From an archaeon (GTDB lineage: Archaea > Asgardarchaeota > Thorarchaeia > Thorarchaeales > Thorarchaeaceae), in the NCBI GenBank assembly GCA_024275415.1, contig JAJRZD010000076.1, positions 1-18,729 on the forward strand: DNA of 18,729 nt, read 5' to 3'. Both the position numbers and the translations under genes were made by a program. The notes beneath the pieces were generated by a model. It was not told where the DNA came from. It searched no databases and saw nothing but the letters and a program-made list of their open reading frames with translations. This document shows, one piece after another, positions 15,834 through 18,729 of the stretch (its first letter is position 1; every line of letters begins with the position of its first letter).

Positions 15834-17084
15834 ATGCCTATTGATGATGCCTATTTTGGAAGCGTGATAAGTTATCCTGTCTTCTCCGAGGTCGAAAAGA
15901 TTCTCAGCGAGGACTTTGAGATTCTCGCAAGCCAGATCGAGTTTGGGATGCCTACCTTTCTTTATCGTTGGAAAGGAAGTAGATTGTCGCCTACTGACCA
16001 CGACCACCACACTTCGATCTCCAGCTCGGAGATTACAGAGATTGGACACGCTATGGAGGGGAACCTCCCTTCATCTGAAATGCAACGTGAGGTCTTTGAG
16101 AGGATTCATCAACGCTCCAAAGAGATGCGACTCTGGCCCATCATTCGCTGGAAGGACAAGTCACGAGGGATCTATTACACTCGGTTCGTTCCGGAGGAAC
16201 GCCAACCGAAAAGCGATGTCCGGATTAACAAGGCATTATTCATTGCCACTCTTGCATCCATTGCGTTGGGTGGTTTCTTGCAGGCATCAAGCCCTGTGTT
16301 CCTAGCACTGTTCTATCCACAAGGCTACACAATATGGGATGTTGTCTTCACTACTGTCATCTTCATCATGGCACTGATGGGCATCATCGGGACTCATGAG
16401 ATGGGACACTACCAGATGGCGAAACGGCGAGGTATCGAGGCGACACCTCCTTATTTCATTCCTGGATTACCACAGATTGGCGGCACATTTGGCGCATTCA
16501 TTCAGCAGAAAAGTCCTCCAAAGAATAGGAGTGACCTGTTTGACCTTGGCATGGCAGGACCGGTAGCAGGGTTTATTGTCACGCTCGTAGCACTTGTAGT
16601 CGGGTTCCTCCTTTCAGTCCCAGTGACTGCTGAACAGCTTGCTGCCATTGATGCTGCATACCCGAACATGTCTGGAAGTCTTGAGGTTCCACTGCTCTTC
16701 GTATTTGTTGAAATGATATTCAGCGACTTCATCCCAGCGGGTGGCACAATCTATTTGCATCCAGTAGGCTTTGCTGCTTGGGTGGGCTGTCTTGTCACAG
16801 CGTTGAATCTCTTCCCAGCTGGACAGTTGGACGGTGGACATGCATTAAGAGCAATCATTGATGAGAGAATCCACAAGTACGTAGGCTACGGGGCGATTGT
16901 TGTCATGTTCATTCTCGGGTTCTGGTTGATGGCAATACTTGTATTTGCCCTTTCTTCAGGAAAGGAACATCCTGGAGCACTTGATGACACAGTTCCCGTA
17001 TCAAAAACCAGGGTTCTCATGTTTGTCGTTGCAATGATAATTCTTGTCCTGTCCATTCCACCACTTACTCTTTCGTTCTTCTAG
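15834..17084 (+). CDS. Site-2 (M50 family) intramembrane metalloprotease
   Basis: HEMGH zinc motif, GTFGAFI, AGPVAGF and NLFPAGQLDGGH, with multiple TM segments. Confidence 0.95.
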   Translation: MPIDDAYFGSVISYPVFSEVEKILSEDFEILASQIEFGMPTFLYRWKGSRLSPTDHDHHTSISSSEITEIGHAMEGNLPSSEMQREVFERIHQRSKEMRLWPIIRWKDKSRGIYYTRFVPEERQPKSDVRINKALFIATLASIALGGFLQASSPVFLALFYPQGYTIWDVVFTTVIFIMALMGIIGTHEMGHYQMAKRRGIEATPPYFIPGLPQIGGTFGAFIQQKSPPKNRSDLFDLGMAGPVAGFIVTLVALVVGFLLSVPVTAEQLAAIDAAYPNMSGSLEVPLLFVFVEMIFSDFIPAGGTIYLHPVGFAAWVGCLVTALNLFPAGQLDGGHALRAIIDERIHKYVGYGAIVVMFILGFWLMAILVFALSSGKEHPGALDDTVPVSKTRVLMFVVAMIILVLSIPPLTLSFF

Positions 17085-17109
17085 AGCATATGGATAACAG
17101 GCAAGCATC

Positions 17110-18405
17110 CTAGGGGGGGACTCCTCCCGAATGAGGCAGATGTAGTGTGAAGATTGTTCCGACCACTTTGTCATCTTCGACTACCTCTTTGAGGGTCAAC
17201 TGGATCCCATAGTTCTGGGTGATCTCCCTGACTAGCATCAGACCTATGCCCAGACTGGACACATCATCATTCTTCTTGAGCAATCGTTCTTTTTGGTACT
17301 TGGACAGACCACCTGCAGTGTCTTGAATGGATACTGCAATATCAGATCCTTCCATGACGGATACCTTCACCTTTGGCAGTCCTTTGCTGTACCTAATTGC
17401 ATTATCAACGAGGTTCCAAACAACCTGCTCAATCAGAGGGGTCGTGCTTACGTAACACTTGAGCGGGCAGGATAATCTGATTTCCTCCTCTGAGAGAGAA
17501 TGCTCGCCCCTAGCACGTTCAAGTACCTCATCCAAAATCTCTCGGAGGTCTAGGTCAACGATGCTCTCTGACTGCATGGTTATGTCAAGCCATAGACCTC
17601 TGATTTTACGCAGGAACGTCGAGGCAGACTTGAGAGTCTTTCTTGCAGTATCAAGGAATTGCTGATCCTCTCCCTCCTTCCCTTTGACAAGCTCGATGGC
17701 TCCAGATGCCACATTCACAAAGTTCCTGAGATCATGAGATACCAGACTCGCATAGAGAGAGGTCATGCGCAGGTTGTCCTCTATTCTTTGATTGGTGCTT
17801 CCAATGAATGCTAGGAACATCGTTATCATGACAAGTGATTGTGCTATGAATTGGATATATCCAACTAGAAAGACCGCTGGAATGAGAGGCAATAAGCTCA
17901 TAGGCAGACTTGCCAATGCCCAAATCCCGTAGGAAACACCCGCAAGAGACCGGAATGTACTCCTTTCGCGTCCGTTCTTGAGAATCCTGTGTGACACATA
18001 GGTGAAGCTATATGTCATTATGATCGATGTAGGGGTTGCAACTGTGGTCGGGGACAATGCAAAGAACATCAAGAGTGCAATGAATGCAATTGAACCAATC
18101 AGAACTGATAAGTAAAGAATAGAATTACGTACTGTTGATAATCGTCGAAAGTTATATGCCTTGAGTAGAAGGAGTGATGCAAGTACGCGTAGGATCATGC
18201 TACCAAGAAACCCTAGGTATGGGAATGGCGAGAGGGAGTTCTCAGGAATGAACGCCACCCAGAACAGTAGGTGTGTGAATGCCCACCGTCTATACTGGAT
18301 ATCTCTTGAGTAGTGATAGATTCCAATCAGTGCCACCAGTGCAAATAGCACTCCTGCAAAGATTGCAGATACTTCCAAAATGAATTCAATGGGTAATGCT
18401 TGCAC
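17110..18405 (-). CDS. Membrane sensor histidine kinase (~7 TM + HisKA + HATPase_c)
   Basis: H-box SLVSHDLRN (H224), N-box WNLVDNAIRYS, IQDTAGG and LGIGL. The N-terminal ~200 aa are hydrophobic. GTG start. Confidence 0.9.
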   Translation of the reverse strand: MQALPIEFILEVSAIFAGVLFALVALIGIYHYSRDIQYRRWAFTHLLFWVAFIPENSLSPFPYLGFLGSMILRVLASLLLLKAYNFRRLSTVRNSILYLSVLIGSIAFIALLMFFALSPTTVATPTSIIMTYSFTYVSHRILKNGRERSTFRSLAGVSYGIWALASLPMSLLPLIPAVFLVGYIQFIAQSLVMITMFLAFIGSTNQRIEDNLRMTSLYASLVSHDLRNFVNVASGAIELVKGKEGEDQQFLDTARKTLKSASTFLRKIRGLWLDITMQSESIVDLDLREILDEVLERARGEHSLSEEEIRLSCPLKCYVSTTPLIEQVVWNLVDNAIRYSKGLPKVKVSVMEGSDIAVSIQDTAGGLSKYQKERLLKKNDDVSSLGIGLMLVREITQNYGIQLTLKEVVEDDKVVGTIFTLHLPHSGGVPP

Positions 18406-18452
18406 GGTTCGAGGCTCCCTGATTGTTCACTGCTGAATCCGTCCCATCATTG

Positions 18453-18468
18453 ATTATTATATAATAAT
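18453..18468 (-). promoter_or_regulatory. TATA-box-containing perfect 16-bp palindrome upstream of the second kinase
   Basis: ATTATTATATAATAAT is its own reverse complement, contains TTATATA and lies ~48 nt upstream of the GTG at 18405. Confidence 0.5.
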
Positions 18469-18627
18469 ATTCTATATAACATATTCTGTTTCTGAGCACG
18501 TTGAGATGGGATTATGGCCCTGAGGAATCCAATGGAACGATGGATCAACAATGATGAAGTTCCCCCTCTCAGTCTATTATGACGCTGTACCACTCTTGGA
18601 ATACTATCTCATCAGCAGTAGAGCAGG

Positions 18628-18655
18628 AAACAAAAACCCCAGTCATGCTGGGGTT
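18628..18655 (-). terminator. Hairpin + T-tract terminator for a minus-strand gene entering from the right edge
   Basis: AACCCCAG-tcatg-CTGGGGTT (18635-18655) with an adjacent A-run on the plus strand, which is a T-run on the minus strand. Confidence 0.6.
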
Positions 18656-18665
18656 CAGTAGGAAT

Positions 18666-18728
18666 CTACTCGCTGCTCCAATCTTCGCCTTCTGGAACTC
18701 GCATCACACCAAGTTCTAGCAACCGATC
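18666..18728 (-). CDS. 3' end of a partial hypothetical gene (...DRLLELGVMRVPEGEDWSSE*)
   Basis: An open frame from the window edge to the TAG at 18666-18668, 10 nt before the terminator-like hairpin. Confidence 0.45.
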   Translation of the reverse strand, partial: DRLLELGVMRVPEGEDWSSE

Positions 18729-18729
18729 C

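Noticed and set aside
1-18729. tRNA, rRNA, CRISPR arrays, transposases, integrases, defence systems
   Set aside because: No cloverleaf, repeat-spacer periodicity, terminal inverted repeats or relevant protein motifs were seen by eye. tRNAscan-SE or Infernal would be needed to exclude small ncRNAs.

Overview
An 18.7 kb gene-dense archaeal chromosomal window. An Asgard/Thorarchaeia-like origin is inferred from gene content, GGTGA/AGGAG ribosome-binding sites and TATA-type promoters; no marker gene confirms it. From left to right it holds a secreted protein interrupted by an in-frame TAA, then a minus-strand operon of an HTH regulator, an IscS-like protein and IscU, divergent from a Cys-rich DUF116 gene. 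These are followed by a ~16-TM sensor histidine kinase, a small possible ubiquitin-fold protein divergent from a CobB/Sir2 deacylase, a TPR protein and an SDR epimerase + lactate-permease pair. The right part carries pterin carbinolamine dehydratase, two membrane/surface proteins, a FadH-like flavin/Fe-S oxidoreductase, an M50 site-2 protease, a second (~7-TM) histidine kinase and the 3' end of a partial gene. No rRNA, tRNA, CRISPR array or mobile element was recognised. The top signal is the IscS homologue: it has lost the PLP Schiff-base Lys (HK->HL) and the PLP-stacking His (EH->EV) but keeps its Cys loop. It sits with an intact IscU and a non-Rrf2 Cys/His-tailed HTH regulator, suggesting a PLP-independent Fe-S assembly module with its own sensor. 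Other signals are the ubiquitin-like small ORF beside the sirtuin, an internally duplicated kinase sensor domain and the stop-interrupted ORF.
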